Source of the DNA: Lytechinus pictus | Taxonomy: Eukaryota | Direction: 5' to 3' | NCBI RefSeq assembly: GCF_037042905.1 | Contig: NC_087252.1 | Span: 27,344,001 to 27,408,000, forward strand | DNA length: 64,000 bases | Shown here: positions 1 through 13,895 of the stretch, in pieces | Layout of the letters: every line of letters begins with the position of its first letter | Position numbering within the stretch: the first letter of the stretch is position 1 | The notes under the pieces: model-generated | What the model saw: the letters and a program-made list of their open reading frames with translations, nothing else | What the model was told of the DNA's origin: nothing | Databases searched by the model: none | Translations under genes and position numbers: made by a program

Positions 1-330
1 CGTAGATATGAATATGTCACATATATTTATATCTTCTATACGCGCATGTCATTACAGGAACGATTTTTTTTTTTGATAGGCCAGAATAATAAACAATATT
101 TTTTCTAATACATTTACAGTATGACAGAAAATAAGACGCTTTAAACTGGCTGACTGTTAGATAAGATTTTATACATGCCTTACTTTTTAATTTTATCGTT
201 GAAAAGTCGAAATAAAACAAGTATAGTATCAATCAATATTTCAATCTCTCGACTAATCTTAAGGATTACATTCATTTATCACCATCCAGACTACATTCAA
301 CTCTTCCGTTAACACCCAACTAAAACCATA

Positions 331-2519
331 ATGGCTTCCAAGGTGCTCATCATGATCTTTGCTGTTGCCATGGCAACCGCCTTGGTTACCGCCGAAACGT
401 TCGACGATCTCACAGGCGCTGATCTTGATGAAATTCTGGGCTTGATTTCTAAGAGGGGTGATTCAAACGACGCCGGAATGGTGTTCGACGAGGCCTTCGA
501 CGAAATGGACAAACGGGGTCGGGGAGGGAGGATGTTTTTCCGTAAGTACATTTTGGTTCTCTCAATGTTCGTTAAAACCAATCTTCCTTACTCATAATTG
601 CATTACAAATCGTGCTTCACTCAATCATGATTTCTAGTCTGCAAACACATACTCACATTTATCTTTTAACCGATTACATCATGTCTGTTAAGTGAAGACT
701 ATACTCCAAATTCTCTGTATTTTAATAGAAGCAGAGACAGTACATGAGCGAATCTAGTCTCACTACTTCAGACTCTGCGTTATGCACTATGCGACTTGTG
801 AAAAACAAATGTTTGTTCTTCCAGACCAGATGGTCATTGATTATAATCTGCATATTCGAAACACTTTCCGTGAGTAAAGGGTTTGCACAGCAGAATTAAG
901 TAATTGATAACATCTTTAAAACCCTTTGCGCGCTGATGTTGCAATTTTGCACATTTTGCAAAGAAAATAACATGGAAACAGTTGTCATTATTATCCCCCC
1001 TAAAAAAAAAATGATAATAATAATATCGAATATACTGTACATTGTTTCGATTTTTTATACGGTATAAAGAACTAAACAGAAAGGAAACATAGTGCAGTAT
1101 TAGTAGTAGTAGTAGTAGTCACCCCATGCCCCCCCCCCCCCCATTGAAAAGCAAAATAAAAATTTGTAATGAAAAAATGTCATTAAAACAAAATAGTGCA
1201 ACCCCTTTTATAAATGAAGATCTTTTTTTTTTTTGGCTTGTCAAATATTTCCGGGGACGAAATATAAATTTTTGGTTAACAACTATTTTTGTTTTGCCTT
1301 GTAAATTTTTCCTCGGAAAAATGTGCCCCCCCCCCCATTTGGGAAATCCTGGATCCGCCCCTGGTAGTAGTAGTATTAGTAGTAGTAGTAGTATACAATA
1401 AATTCGGTGTACACACTGGCACATGACCGCCATGGTGGCCTTCGTGGGGTCTAAATCTAGTAACTGGTCACACATTCATACCAAACCTACTGGAAAGACC
1501 AAAATGTCCCACAGTGTGTTCGCAGTGTGGAACACAATGTGAAATCACCTTCACACTGGTAAATTTGAGATTTTGAACAGTAGGAATCACATATTATCAC
1601 AATCCAGTAAGTGAACACGCTGTGAACAGTCAGACTGTCGACGTTTCCACAGTGTGAAATTTTCACCGCACTGTTGAATTTGAACAGTATGAATGATATT
1701 CTCACTAAAGCCCGTCGAACACTAAACGATCCGATGCGATTTTCTAATAAATCGCATTTTGATTTAAATGTGAAGGTTACAAAAAGTTAACTTATTTCAT
1801 TTAAAGTTCGACATTGTGTTAGGAATAATCAAATCATACTTTTGCTTTGTGACAAGTCCTAAGGTCGGAGTAAAGTCCAATTCGGTTTTAAGTCGCAGCC
1901 GATGGTGACGTCACTGCGATTTGAAATCGAACTTGCTTTTATTCATAAAAGGAGGCTCGGACTAGACTGAAGTTCGATGTCAGTAGTCCTTACCACTATT
2001 CTGAATAAGATTTTGTTCGGCTGGAATGTTCATCTCAAAAGTTATTACAATTTCTTTGAAATTCGGATCGCAACGAATCACACAGTATGCGCCGGGCTTT
2101 AGTCCACTCTGTGAACACACTGTGGTCATTCCAGCAGGGAAGCCGTTCAGGAGCAGGCCCGGGGCCGCGGAACCAAGGGGTTGCACTCCTTACAGTGGCC
2201 ATGCACACACCACGCGAATATTGTGATTCCATGTAACTATGCCCTCTCCCCAACCTTTGTTTTATCCTCCCATTCCTGCCAAATCTTCCCGCGGCCTACT
2301 AACCCATCAATTATCTGTCTGATCTGTTAGCTGGTTTTGACTAATCATGCTAACTTTCGACTGATTTACGCATCACTAATACATATTTTTATCTTTCTCA
2401 ATCGTTATTTTCCAGGCTGTACACATCCTCTGAATGGCTTCAATTGCATCTGTGACAAGCGATTCCGCGAGACCAGCCCCAAATACTTCAGGGTATGCGG
2501 ATACGGAGGAGGTCAGTAG
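331..2519 (+). CDS. Secreted 4-Cys peptide precursor, paralog A; join(331..541,2416..2519), 104 aa
   Basis: Exon 1 encodes hydrophobic signal MASKVLIMIFAVAMATALVTA, acidic segments and two KR sites, and ends at TTC C|gtaagt (phase 1). Acceptor ttttccag|GC TGT at 2416 continues in frame to TAG at 2517-2519. Predicted mature peptide: GRGGRMFFRCTHPLNGFNCICDKRFRETSPKYFRVCGYGGGQ. Same architecture as paralogs B and C. Confidence 0.9.
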
Positions 2520-3634
2520 AATGGACGCAAACCTATCATGGCCGACTACCGGATAGCATATTGAGGGACCGAAAGTTGAACAAACCAAGACCCGGCTGGA
2601 CCGATATCCGGTTAACAATGAAGACAACATGTCCGAACCACACGCAGATTACAAACAATGACATATAAATTATTTGGGAAAAAAATGTCGAATATCCATC
2701 GGATAGAATGGCTGTCCTATCCATACTCTGTTACCATGGTAACGTCACAAATATTGGACAGGACCACCGTTCTTGTCAGACAGAGACTAATATAAGCTCG
2801 ATTCCGATAGCAGACCTGTACATTTACAACAATGTTCATCATGCTCTCTAAAGATATTTCTCTTCAAACTGTTCAACTATTATAATACGAGTGTGCCTGC
2901 GAACTGATTTCTTTCGTTGTTTAAGGTGCACGATTTGATATTCACCTCAACGTCACGTGACACCAATCTATTATGACGTATCAATGCGTGCACCACTTTG
3001 TACTTCCCTTTTTATATTACATTTTTATATACAATTATGAATACCGTTTATGAAATGCAACATTATTTCGAAAGCACAAATTATTCAAATCGGTAATTAT
3101 GATATACCAAAAAAAAAGGCATTATCAAAAGAGACTAAATTTTATAGTATATAGCTTTCATAAACTAGGATTAGGTAGGTATAGAAAAGAGAGAACTCAT
3201 CATTTTAATGATATATAAGTCAAGTTTTGATGATGCTGTCTTGCAATGTAGGTAGAAGATTAGAATTTTGAAAATTGGTATAGGATTTTAATTCATCCTA
3301 TTAGTGTCTCCTAGAACTTATGATTTGTAATCATCATGCTCCTAGAATCAAGCAATCGAAGTATTTCTATTTTGGTACATCACTAGTTCTTAATAAAAGT
3401 GTGGTATTCATAACATATCTGTTCTCCATTTCGTTACATTGTATGAACGTATCAATTGTGCATGGATAGGAGGAGTTTGTGGTCTGTCACACCAACGCAA
3501 CCGACTTCAGACCGATCAAAGTTATAACGTTATTTCTTATGGCATATCATCGGTCGGTTTTGAATCGGGTTCGTTTGTCTGACTGTAGCATTTTGGGAGA
3601 ATCAAGAGCGAATAATAAGGTGGATATGATTATG

Positions 3635-3839
3635 TATTCATTTATTTATTCATCTATTTATTTATTTATTTATGTATTTACTTATTCATTTATTTATCTA
3701 TCTACAGTATATATCTATCTAATTATTTATCTATCTATCTATCTCTCTCTCTCTCTCTCTCTCTATCTACCTATCTCTCTATCTATCTTTCTATCTATCT
3801 ATTTATCTGTCTATTCATCTATTTATCTATATATTTATC

Positions 3840-3870
<31 letters not shown>

Positions 3871-4173
3871 TTATCTATCTATCTATTTATCTATCTATCT
3901 CTCTCTCTCTCCCTCTATATATCTACCTATCTCTCTATCTATCTCTCTATCTATCTATTTATCTATCTATCTGTCTATTCATCTATCTATTTATCTATCT
4001 ATCTATCTATCTATTTATCTATCTATCTATTTATTTATCTATCCATATATCTATATATATCTCTCTCTCTATCTATCTACCTATCTCTCTATATATCTTT
4101 CTATATATCTATTTATCTATCTATTTATCTATCTATCTATTTATCTATTTATCTATCTATCTATCTATTTATC

Positions 4174-4224
<51 letters not shown>

Positions 4225-4228
4225 TTAC
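3635..4228. repeat. (TCTA/TTTA)n microsatellite
   Basis: Direct inspection; it explains the spurious IYLS-repeat ORF. Confidence 0.95.
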
Positions 4229-4314
4229 TTAATTCCTATTGTGTTACTATTATGGGGACGGTGAGAGACATTTCAAGAGACACACGGACATAGAATATAA
4301 GATAACTATGGATT

Positions 4315-4532
4315 ACACTCTAAAAAGTTAACCCAATATTGGGTAAAATGGGAACATGTATGTTAGCTGGGTACAGTGATACCAAATTATAAGCAAACTC
4401 TACGCAATGTTGCGTTTAAATTTACTCTTTAAACTTGCATGTTGCCCAATATTCGGGGAAAATTACACAGAAAACATGCGTGTTCCCTTTCTATCCAATA
4501 TTGGGTAATTTTTTTACTCTTCCTTTTTAGAG
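4315..4532. mobile_element. MITE (ACTCTAAAAA...TTTTTAGAGT); second copy at ~9250-9438
   Basis: Shared TIRs and shared internal ACCCAATATT.G.TAAAATGG.AACATG.ATGTT. Confidence 0.7.
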
Positions 4533-5134
4533 TTAAATGGATAGTAGTGAAAACGGGAGGATGTAATATTATGTGTGTGTGTAGGGGTGCGTGGGTGTGA
4601 TGTGTGTGTGTGTGTGTCAGTTTGTGTTCAAGATAAAAGAGCGGTAAGATGTCATTCATTCATTTTTCCAACAAAATTTATAATGCAATAATTACAATAA
4701 ATAAAACATAACATCAGAAAATATAAATGACATAAATATTCAAATAAACCAAATATATAGAATATACACCTGATACAGAAGATAATATTTCCAATTTGAT
4801 AATAAAAAACAATATGCAAAGATATGTTGGAAAATGGAGTGGCCCACTGAAAAGCAAAGCTTGTAAAGTGTGGACCACTCAAGAAGAAAAAAAATTATAA
4901 CACTTAAATCTTAAATGTCAAACATTTGCCCATGATTTGGCATAACGCAGAGCCATTTTTTATCAAACAACCGATTGAGAAAGAGTGGATTATACATGTA
5001 TATGTCAAGAGAGAAATGGGAGGGGGATAGGAATCGAGAGAGGGATTAAAGAGAAATTCCAGTAGTTGCAGTAAACACTGATTTCATGAGAAAGTCTGTA
5101 AAACCAGGCTTAATTGTCAGTATATCATCGAGGA

Positions 5135-5392
5135 CACTAGCGTACCTACGGGGGGGGGGGGGGGGGCAGGGGGGGCACTATGCCCCCCCTGACGAGTCAC
5201 AACCCATGCAAAAACGTATCTTTGACCCCCCTGACGGGCTTGAAAAACCTTTTTGCCCCCCCCCCCCCCTGACGAGCTTGAAGACCTCTAATGCCCCCCT
5301 GACGAACTTGAAGACCTTTTTTTTTTTTTTTTTTTTTTTTTTTGCTTGTCAATTTTTTTTCTGGAACGAAATCCTTTATTTGTGATCGAAGA

Positions 5393-5426
<34 letters not shown>

Positions 5427-5486
5427 TGTCAAATTTTTGGGCGGACGGTTTTGCCCCCCCTGTGGAAAATTCTAGGTACGCCACTG
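5135..5486. mobile_element. hAT-like MITE
   Basis: Termini CACTAGCGTACCTA...TAGGTACGCCACTG; 8-bp TSD ATCGAGGA (5127-5134 and 5487-5494). Confidence 0.85.
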
Positions 5487-8304
5487 ATCGAGGATCTAGA
5501 CCTGGTATAGTTACATAAACTGAACTTTGTGAAATCTTGAAATCTACGCTGAAAAATGTTCAGACTGAACTTCCCCAAAACAGATAAGCGCACGTGGGAC
5601 AGTGTATAATTATTGCTTTGAGCGTCGGGCCCGACGCTCTACCCAAATCCTGTGCTTATTTGCCGATTTCTCAGCAATTACACAATTTCTTCCAGAATAC
5701 TTTGGCACATACGTTTTATTTATACAAACAGACACTTTGGTGGTCATTTCATTGGATTATGTACGAACTCATTTTGATATCGTTACCAAAACTAGCATTT
5801 ACCTTTAAATGAAAGAGATAAAGATAGATAGAGAGAGAGAGCTTGTAATTGAGAGATATGTCCCTCGGAAGCGGGGTGCTGGAAATTTTCCCGGGTTTGC
5901 TTCTTCACAGGCAGCACCCCTGGAATTCTGGTAGGTGTGGCAAAATGAAGAAATTGTGTAGTAAAACCTTTTTTTTTTTTGCTCTTCGAATTTCTCTGGA
6001 AGAAAATGACTTTCATTTTGTAGTAAAACCCCTTCGTATGTTTATTTTTGTTTGTCAAATTTCAGTACATCAGCACCCCTTGTAAAAAAAAAATAATAAT
6101 AATTCCAAGGGCCCTTTTGAGAGAGAGAGAGAGGGGGGAGGGGGAGGGGGAGATTGTAATGTATTAAAGGAGAAAGCGCGAGGGGAAACGACCAAAAAGA
6201 TAGTGAGAGTCGTGGAGCTCCAAATTTACACGTGCTTCACTTTACCCCTCCCCAGAAAAGCCAGTCACGAATATGATTAAACCTCCTATTTTCATATAAA
6301 TAGTTTTTTTCTTCCGAAAGCGTATTTCGTTTTAGAAAGAAGCTGGTTCTATTTCTGGGTGGGAAATGTTTCCTCTTTTGTTAAAAAAAAAAAAAGTCTT
6401 GCTTTTTGCTTGTTGGTCATATATAATTTCTTGTTTAACTATCAAGTTAATTTTACCGTTTGTTACCGCTCTTTAAGGTTTGCTATTGCATGTATTTTTT
6501 CCTTTCGCTTCTATTTACTATACAATACATGTATGTATATGTATATGTACACTGGGGCCCTCCCAGTATATCCCAGGGCCCTCTTGTAAATCAGTTTAAA
6601 GTGATTGGTTAACATTGGTTTGACTTTTAAAAAATCCGAGCTAGAAGGTCACACTTGTCACCTGTGTGCGTGATATGTTACAAAAATGAAGCCCAGAAAA
6701 AATTGCGTTTGAAAATAATTATTTAGTGCTTCAAAAATTGAAATATAAAGTGACCGAAAACACCATCTTAATTTCATCTCATACACTTATGTGTACTATT
6801 TAGGCGTCTATAAGACGCCTATTTACAAAATCGGGGTTTGCCTTGTAGTTTTAGCTTTTCATTCTCAATAATGGTTGTTTTCAGTGTTTTATTAGTTCTA
6901 ATACATGTACTTGTACACATGTTTCATCTTGGTTTGAGAATTTTTTTTTATCGGCTGCTCACAAAGTTAAACAATACCTTTAAGTAACTGAAGGGGCTAC
7001 CCTGGAAAAGGAAACTGAAATAAATAAATACTGCTGGGTTTCGTTATTCTCCTGTTATAATACGATGTACTCTGTATGTATTTGATTGTTCAGGGGTCTC
7101 TTGTCATGTATACAGTGTTATACTGAAGAGATTTTACACTAGTAAATTAAAACACGATAAATAAACAAAGAAGAACAAACCCGGGGATAATCTCATGTGT
7201 CTCCCCATTATATAAGCTTTAGGTCAAAATTGTATATCATATATAAACATAAATATTTGTATCCGTTGCAAAAAAAAATAATGATATATATGTTGTGAAA
7301 AAACACTTAGACAATTTGGGCAACACATTGTAGGTTTTAAATATGTATACTATTTTTCAATAGAAATTAAATTAAGATGGAAATGGAGGGACCCACTAAA
7401 AAGCAATGCTTGTACAATGTGGGCCCCTCAAAAAATAGATAACACAACAAATAACAAAATAACAAAGTATAAATACAGATAATCAAATGAGAAAAAAAAA
7501 TACATGAGAGGGAAATACTCACAAAATAAATACAAAGTTATCAAAAATACATAGTTTGATAAAGGACAAAACAACCCGTCCTAAAAATATCCACCCTTCC
7601 CCAACCCATCTCATCAATTCTAGAATGGAATACCTTGAATAGAAATAGCTCCATTAAAATGTCATGGAATCTCAACGAGTTTCCATTTAAATTTCCTTTT
7701 ACCTGTGTCATTTCCCACCGCTGTAGATACGGATGATGGCAATTCTATAAGCAAATCATCGAAGGCAATGATAACCAAGGCTACCTTCGTCTGACATAGT
7801 AAAACAAAATAGAAGGGGGCTGGGTCCGTGCACCCCTCTTTTCCGTCTCTATTATGTCTATCATGGCCTTCAAATTTCGACACCTTCAAATTACGATTTA
7901 TTCCATTTGCACTCAATTTAAACATGATAAAACAAAATCAATGAAGCACGGAATACCGACCGGTATATCAATGCAATTTAAATTTCAAACTGAAAATTGC
8001 AATGCCACATGAGTATCTACCACATGCATAATTAACCAAAACTAATAAACCTCTGTTGTTCACCTCAGGTTTAATATTTCATCATCTCAATGATGAAAAT
8101 AATGAATAATAAACGGTTCTTGTATAGCGCATTATGATTATAACGTCTCTCAGCGCTTCCAAAGGTCTTAGCTTGGCGGCCGCAATTATTTACAGCGCAC
8201 ATGCATTTCAAAGAATTAATTCCCATACCAGATACCCGTTTACCTTAACTCGCCTGTCTTCCTTCTTGCGTAACGAATAATCACAATAAAACTTCCAACT
8301 GAAA

Positions 8305-8397
8305 TATAAACTCTGGAAATTTAGAAAATCCTTACATTTCTGAAGTTATCTTTTGACTGATAGTTTTGTGAAGGGAGAGCAAATTCAAACACTGCAG
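8305..8397 (+). promoter_or_regulatory. Putative TATA box and non-coding first exon of paralog B
   Basis: TATAAA at 8305-8310 and a strong donor CAG|gtaagc at 8398. A matching acceptor (gacag|actccc, ~11312) lies 35 nt upstream of the paralog B ATG. Confidence 0.45.
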
Positions 8398-9670
8398 GTA
8401 AGCTTTCATTTCATATCATAGATTCTTTTCTCGGTTTAATGCCACATGTATTTTATGTTGGTTTTAGTTTTTTAATACTGTCTTATTTGCCACCAATTTC
8501 TATCCTGGAACGATCCTCACAAGATTTCATGTCTTGGTCTTATAAAGTTTTAACTATATACTGTGCGTTCCGGTGAGCTCGTTCCTGATGAAAAGTGATT
8601 TTGTCAATTTTTTTTTATCATTCTGCCTCCCCGTTTTTACTATTGTTGTCGTTATACTTCTATGCGACTTTCTCCAATTATTGATCTCTTGTAAATATTA
8701 TTTTTAAGATGGATTTTATTTACTAAATTAAAACATAAAAATGATTATGACAAACAGCTTTCATTTCATTCACCCTTTGTTAGTTAATAATAATAATAAT
8801 AATAATAATAGCTGGATTTATAAAGCGTTTTTTGCCTGAGGATACAAAGTGCTGCTATTATTACCCCGGCTTTAGCTCGAGCTACCATCACCGGCGCTCA
8901 GTGCCGGTGATGGTTATAACAACTTTTCTTTATTGCAATTCTTAAATATTAGTATGTACCTTATAACTATATTGATTTGTAAATTCAGGGGCTTGCTACT
9001 GATAAAGCGTTATCATTTCATTATGATGATGTTGAATTTGAAGATGTAGTCCCCCTAAATGTAATGTTGATCGTTGCATGGTAATAGAGTTCAAATTTTG
9101 CGTCAGTTCACAGTCACTTGAAATAAATATTTTGTACTCATTATAATTTTTTTTTAAATCTTAAAATATTTAATATTTCATTCGTGCAATACGCTTTGAT
9201 GCCGTACATACAATTTTATTGCACCACTTAAATTCCTTATATACTATATACTCTAAAAAAAAGGTTTACCCAATATTTGATAAAATGGAAACATGCATGT
9301 TGGTTGGGTAAAATTTTACGCAATGTTGCGTTGAAATAGCCCAATATGGAGTAAAAATTTAAAAAAAAGGCCCAGCCAACATGAATGTTCACTTTCTACC
9401 CCATATTGGGTAAAATTTTACTCAGTGTTTTTAGAGTGTCAATGTCGATTCACTATAACTATACGTATATTTTAATGACAATGAGGCCCATGTGCTTGTA
9501 TTACGAGAAGCTTCATTTTCTGCTTGCAAAATAATACCAGATATCATTAAGTTATTTATTTCAATTAAGTGCTTAGAAGTTTAGTAGCGTATTTAAAAAG
9601 GTGCTCAATCTACATTTGGTGTTAATTTTATTATTAGTATGGTGAAATCATTCATATTTATGTATATATA

Positions 9671-10344
9671 TGATTCTAGGACATCTACCCCCTGGACATC
9701 CACCCCCCGGACATCTACCACCCGGACATCCACCCCCCGGACATCCACCCCCTTAGGACAAGTACCCCCTAGGACAAGTACCCCCTAGGACATCTACCCC
9801 CCGGACATCTACCCCCCCGGACAAGTACCCCCCGGACATCTACCCTCCGGACATCTACCCCCCGGACATCTACCCCCCGGACATCTACCCCCTGGACATC
9901 TACCCCCCGGACATCTACCCCCCGGACATTTACCCCCCGGACATTTACCCCCCCGGACATCTACCCCCGTATCCAAAATATCCGTGAGTAGATGCCTGGG
10001 GGTAGCCTGTCTGGGGGGGGGGGGGGTAAATGTCCAGGGGGTAAATGTCCGGGGGGTAGATGTCCGAGGGGTAGATGTCTGGGGGGTAGATGTCCGGGGG
10101 GTAGATGTCCGGGAGGTAAATGTCCGGGGGTAGATGTCCGGGGGGTAATTGTCCGGGGGTAGATGTCCGGGGGGTAGATGTCCGGGGGGTAGATGTCCGG
10201 GGGGTACTTGTCCGGGGGGTAAATGTCCGGGGGGTAGATGTCCTAGGGGGTACTTGTCCTAGGGGGTAGATGTCCTAAGGGGGTGGATGTCCGGGTGGTG
10301 GATGTCCGGGGGGTGGATGTCCAGGGGGTAGATGTCCGGATACG
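9671..10344. repeat. Inverted pair of 15-bp tandem arrays (GGACATCTACCCCCC)n; foldback-like
   Basis: Forward array ~9679-9968, reverse-complement array ~10010-10337, flanked by (TA)n. Confidence 0.9.
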
Positions 10345-10446
10345 TATATATATATATATATATATATACTTCGGGAATTCTATCCTTGTATAGAGTGCTC
10401 GATGTCCTTCACAAAATGAAGTGCTAAAAAATGAAGTGCTAATTTA

Positions 10447-10559
10447 GCACTTACAGTGCCTGCATAGTGACTGCACTACGAGTGCTGATTTTTTAGTTTA
10501 AATTTAAACTAGAAAATCAGCACTCGTAATGCAGTCACTATACAAGCACTTTAAGTGCT
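10447..10559. repeat. ~113-bp near-perfect palindrome
   Basis: AGCACTTACAGTGC..TAGTGACTGCA..CGAGTGCTGATTTT / AAAATCAGCACTCG..TGCAGTCACTA..AAGTGCT. Confidence 0.8.
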
Positions 10560-11146
10560 GAAAGGAGAATGAAACCTTTGGAACAAGATAGCTTGTGTGA
10601 AAACAGAAAATTCAAAGAAACAGATCAACGAAAGAAAAATCGGACAAATAATGAGAAAGTTATGAGCATTTGAATATTGTGATCACTAATACTATTGAGA
10701 TCCTCAAATTGGCAATGCGACAAAGATGTGTGATGTCACTTGTGAACAACTCTCCCCATTACTTTAGTATATATTTCACTTAAATTGCCTCGTTTATCAC
10801 ATTCATCAGTAGATCATGTGTTCTTTCTATAGGAGAGCATGTAATACAGATTTTCAAAGAATACATCATGGATAAAGAGTTTGTATCACCATAAGAAAAA
10901 GCAAAAAGAGACATTTTGAGGGTATTTTATAGTCCATCAAAGGGAAAGATGTTCACATGTGACATCACACATCCTTGTCGCATTGCCAATGGGAGGATCT
11001 CTATAGAATTAGTTACTGCAATATTCAAATGCTCATAACTTTCTCATTACTTGTCAGATTTTTCTCAAACTTTCTTTGATCTTATTGTTTGATTTTTCTG
11101 TTTCGATACAAGCCTACTTGCTCCAAAGGTTTCATTCCTTTTTAAG
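10560..11146. mobile_element. Long-TIR MITE in the putative 5' UTR intron of paralog B
   Basis: AAAGGAGAATGAAACCTTTGGAACAAG ... CTTGCTCCAAAGGTTTCATTCCTTTTAA; the arms stay inverted for ~190 bp. Confidence 0.8.
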
Positions 11147-11346
11147 CCTTTGAACAGGAGGGGGTTTTTTGGTGAGAATTTCGAAAAAAAACTGTCTGGT
11201 TCAGTTTTGTTTGGGGCGATCCTTTGAGGATTTGTTTGAAAAATCAATTTTCCCTTCAATTAGTTATAAAAATTAGTGTTAAACCTTTGAAAAATTTATT
11301 ATTATATGACAGACTCCCACAAGAGAACGCATCAGCATTTGATAGA

Positions 11347-13601
11347 ATGGCGGGAAAAACGAATATCCTGTTCCTTCTCGTGGTCCTCGCTCTCGGCTCG
11401 ACGTCGGCGATTCAGTTAAGTGACATCAGTGAAGACGAACTCAACGCCTTGTTGGACCTGGTATCCAAGCGGAACTACGAGCAAACGGTGTTGGGTGGCG
11501 GGCCCGATGACTTGGAGGAGTTTGATGGGCAGTTCGACAAGCGCGGACGGGGACGGGGCAGGAAAGTATCTTTGGAAAGTAAGAAAACTCGAATGTTTTG
11601 GGTCTGGGTTGGTGGCCAATGTGTTATTTTTATTGTGAATATTTATAGATATTTTTCGTATTCTTTTTCCACACATTTTAAAGATATTTTGTCCTCCACT
11701 TTTGCACTAATTCAAGAGCAATTTATTAGTATGAAAGAGCGTGATTCCGATTTCAGAAGACCACTGTGTTAAACTTTATCTATGCAAATATCAGACAAGG
11801 GCGTAGGCTGAGGGAGCCACGCGCACCCTCCCGCTGAGGCAGTGGAGTTCCGACAGTGCATATGGCATGCAAGCAAAATGAAATGTGTACCCCTTCTTCT
11901 GCTTTCAACAGATTATTTTTCAAACTTAAGTTCCACCTCCCAAAGATGTGCACCTCATCCTACCACTTTAGTTCCACCTCCCTGGGATGTGCACCTGACC
12001 ATGCTCAAACCAGCCTACGCCCTTGTCAGATAATATGCACCCTTCAGTATGGCGATTTTTATTGGTTTATAGCGAATCAACAGCTCTCTTTTTCATGAAA
12101 TCCCTTTTTGAATGCGGAATGTGGGTTCTAAGTGAGAGCTATAACAGATGATTGGATTAGAGGATGTACCTTCTTTCCTTAGAAATGGCGAGAGTAAATG
12201 GAATATAATGAATTTAGACGTCAGCAAACTGTCAAAAGAAAAGCGGCGATTATTTTCATCCATCATAATATTGTCTGTGTTTACACTTTTCAGTCAATCA
12301 GCTTTTAATGCTGATTATTGAAACAGTAACAATAGTGGAATATTCAGTGGTGACAAAAATATTTTCCCTTAATAATTAACAATGACTTACTATCTAAAGT
12401 TGATCAATAGTAATGTTAAACAGATAGTACTTGACTGGCTTTAGCCCCTCAAGCCTTTTACATCGCACAGGCATTTTATTTCAAGGATTTATGTCACCGT
12501 GTACACGTTGTCAATATTAACGTACATAAAGTCATTTACCTCACCTGGGTAGAGTGCAGCACAATGGATTAATTTCTTGCTGTACCCTTGAGACTCTCTG
12601 GCCCGTATTCTGATAGCAGGTTTAACTTAAACCCATGTTTAAAGTGGTGGTAAGTATGAATATTCAATTGTTACATAAATCACTAACGGTAGAGATATCA
12701 TACTTTAGCTCATTTGGCTCTCAAATCATTCATAATGAAGTATAAATAGATGATTGTCTTCACCATTGATGAATCAGGAAAGAGCACAGTAAAATTAAGA
12801 AACATACAACTTAAAAAAGATTTTGATACTTTTGGCTTCCCATACTTACACCACAACTTTAAACCTGAGTTTAAGTTAAACCTGCTCTCAGAATACGGGC
12901 CTCTGTCTCGAACTCAGGAGACTTATTTATTAGTAATTGTGGTGGTGACGAACATTTTAAAGATTGAAGAAGTAAGTGGTGTTAGATGTCATGTTTGTTG
13001 CCCCTTGTTGCATTTAGGCTAATGCCACAAGAAAACAAACGAATTGATGTAGGAAACATACAAGTACCAGTTCAAAGTCAGCGTGATATTCTCTTTAAGT
13101 GATAGCATATAGACCATAGCAAAACAAATTCATATACTTCATAAATATTTGAATACACAACCTTGCAATCGTGGACGACTGTACTACAGCATTGGCTGCG
13201 CATGTTGAAAAGGGTTCACAGTTAAGATTCACAGCCCAAATTGCATAATAAATGGATTTGATTTTTTATCATATTCATTAATCCATTAAAATTACCATTT
13301 TTCTACCACCAACCGCCTCTATTTTTTTCTCTCTCTCACTCTCTCCCTCCCTCACCTCCCACCTCCACTATCATGTATAAATCATTTACCCTTTACTTTT
13401 TTTATACCCGTTTCCCGAAAATACAATTTTCTAATATTTTGTCCCCTCTCTCTCTCTCTTTCTCCCTCACCCTTCTCTGTTTCGTTTCCTCCTCACACAA
13501 CAGAATGCGTGAATCCTGTGAGTTTGCGTAACTGCATGTGTGATCCCAGATTCACGGACGACGAACCATTGAAACGGTACAGGGTCTGCTTCAACAATTA
13601 A
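11347..13601 (+). CDS. Secreted 4-Cys peptide precursor, paralog B; join(11347..11578,13504..13601), 109 aa
   Basis: Signal MAGKTNILFLLVVLALGSTSA, then ...LLDLVSKR...FDKR. Donor GAA A|gtaag at 11579; polypyrimidine tract and cag acceptor at 13501-13503. Predicted mature peptide: GRGRGRKVSLEKCVNPVSLRNCMCDPRFTDDEPLKRYRVCFNN, stop TAA at 13599-13601. Confidence 0.9.
12600..12901. mobile_element. MITE (GGCCCGTATTCTGA...TCAGAATACGGGCC); related copies at ~35722-35890 and ~63254
   Basis: Terminal inverted repeats; shared internal sequence GATGAATCAGGAAAGAGCACAGTAAA. Confidence 0.8.
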
Positions 13602-13776
13602 AGCCTGGTGGACTTCTGATCGTCGAGTCGAGGAATATGTACCATCAACAATGGAGACATCATATTTTGCTTATTAACAAGGAAAAATGAAAACGTGGTC
13701 ATAAAATGCCTCCATATTTTGCTTTCTTGTGTCGTTTTACAAAGATTTATGCATCATTATATTACGGTCGAGTACG

Positions 13777-13895
13777 TCTCCGAAATAAATCAACTTGCTC
13801 TGCACTAAAATAATAATTTGTTTGTTTTTCATTAATCTCCGAAATAAAGCAACTTGCTCTGCACTAAAATAATAATTTGTTTGTTTTTCATTAAT
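13777..13895 (+). repeat. 59-bp tandem duplication carrying AATAAA (candidate poly(A) signals of paralog B)
   Basis: tctccgaaataaa..caacttgctctgcactaaaataataatttgtttgtttttcattaa occurs twice; AATAAA at 13784 and 13843. Confidence 0.7.

Noticed and set aside
542..597. C-terminal tails of single-exon ORFs 331..597 and 11224..11772
   Set aside because: Read-through into introns past consensus gtaag donors.
3479..4264. 261-aa hydrophobic ORF (IYLS repeats)
   Set aside because: Translation of a (TCTA)n microsatellite.
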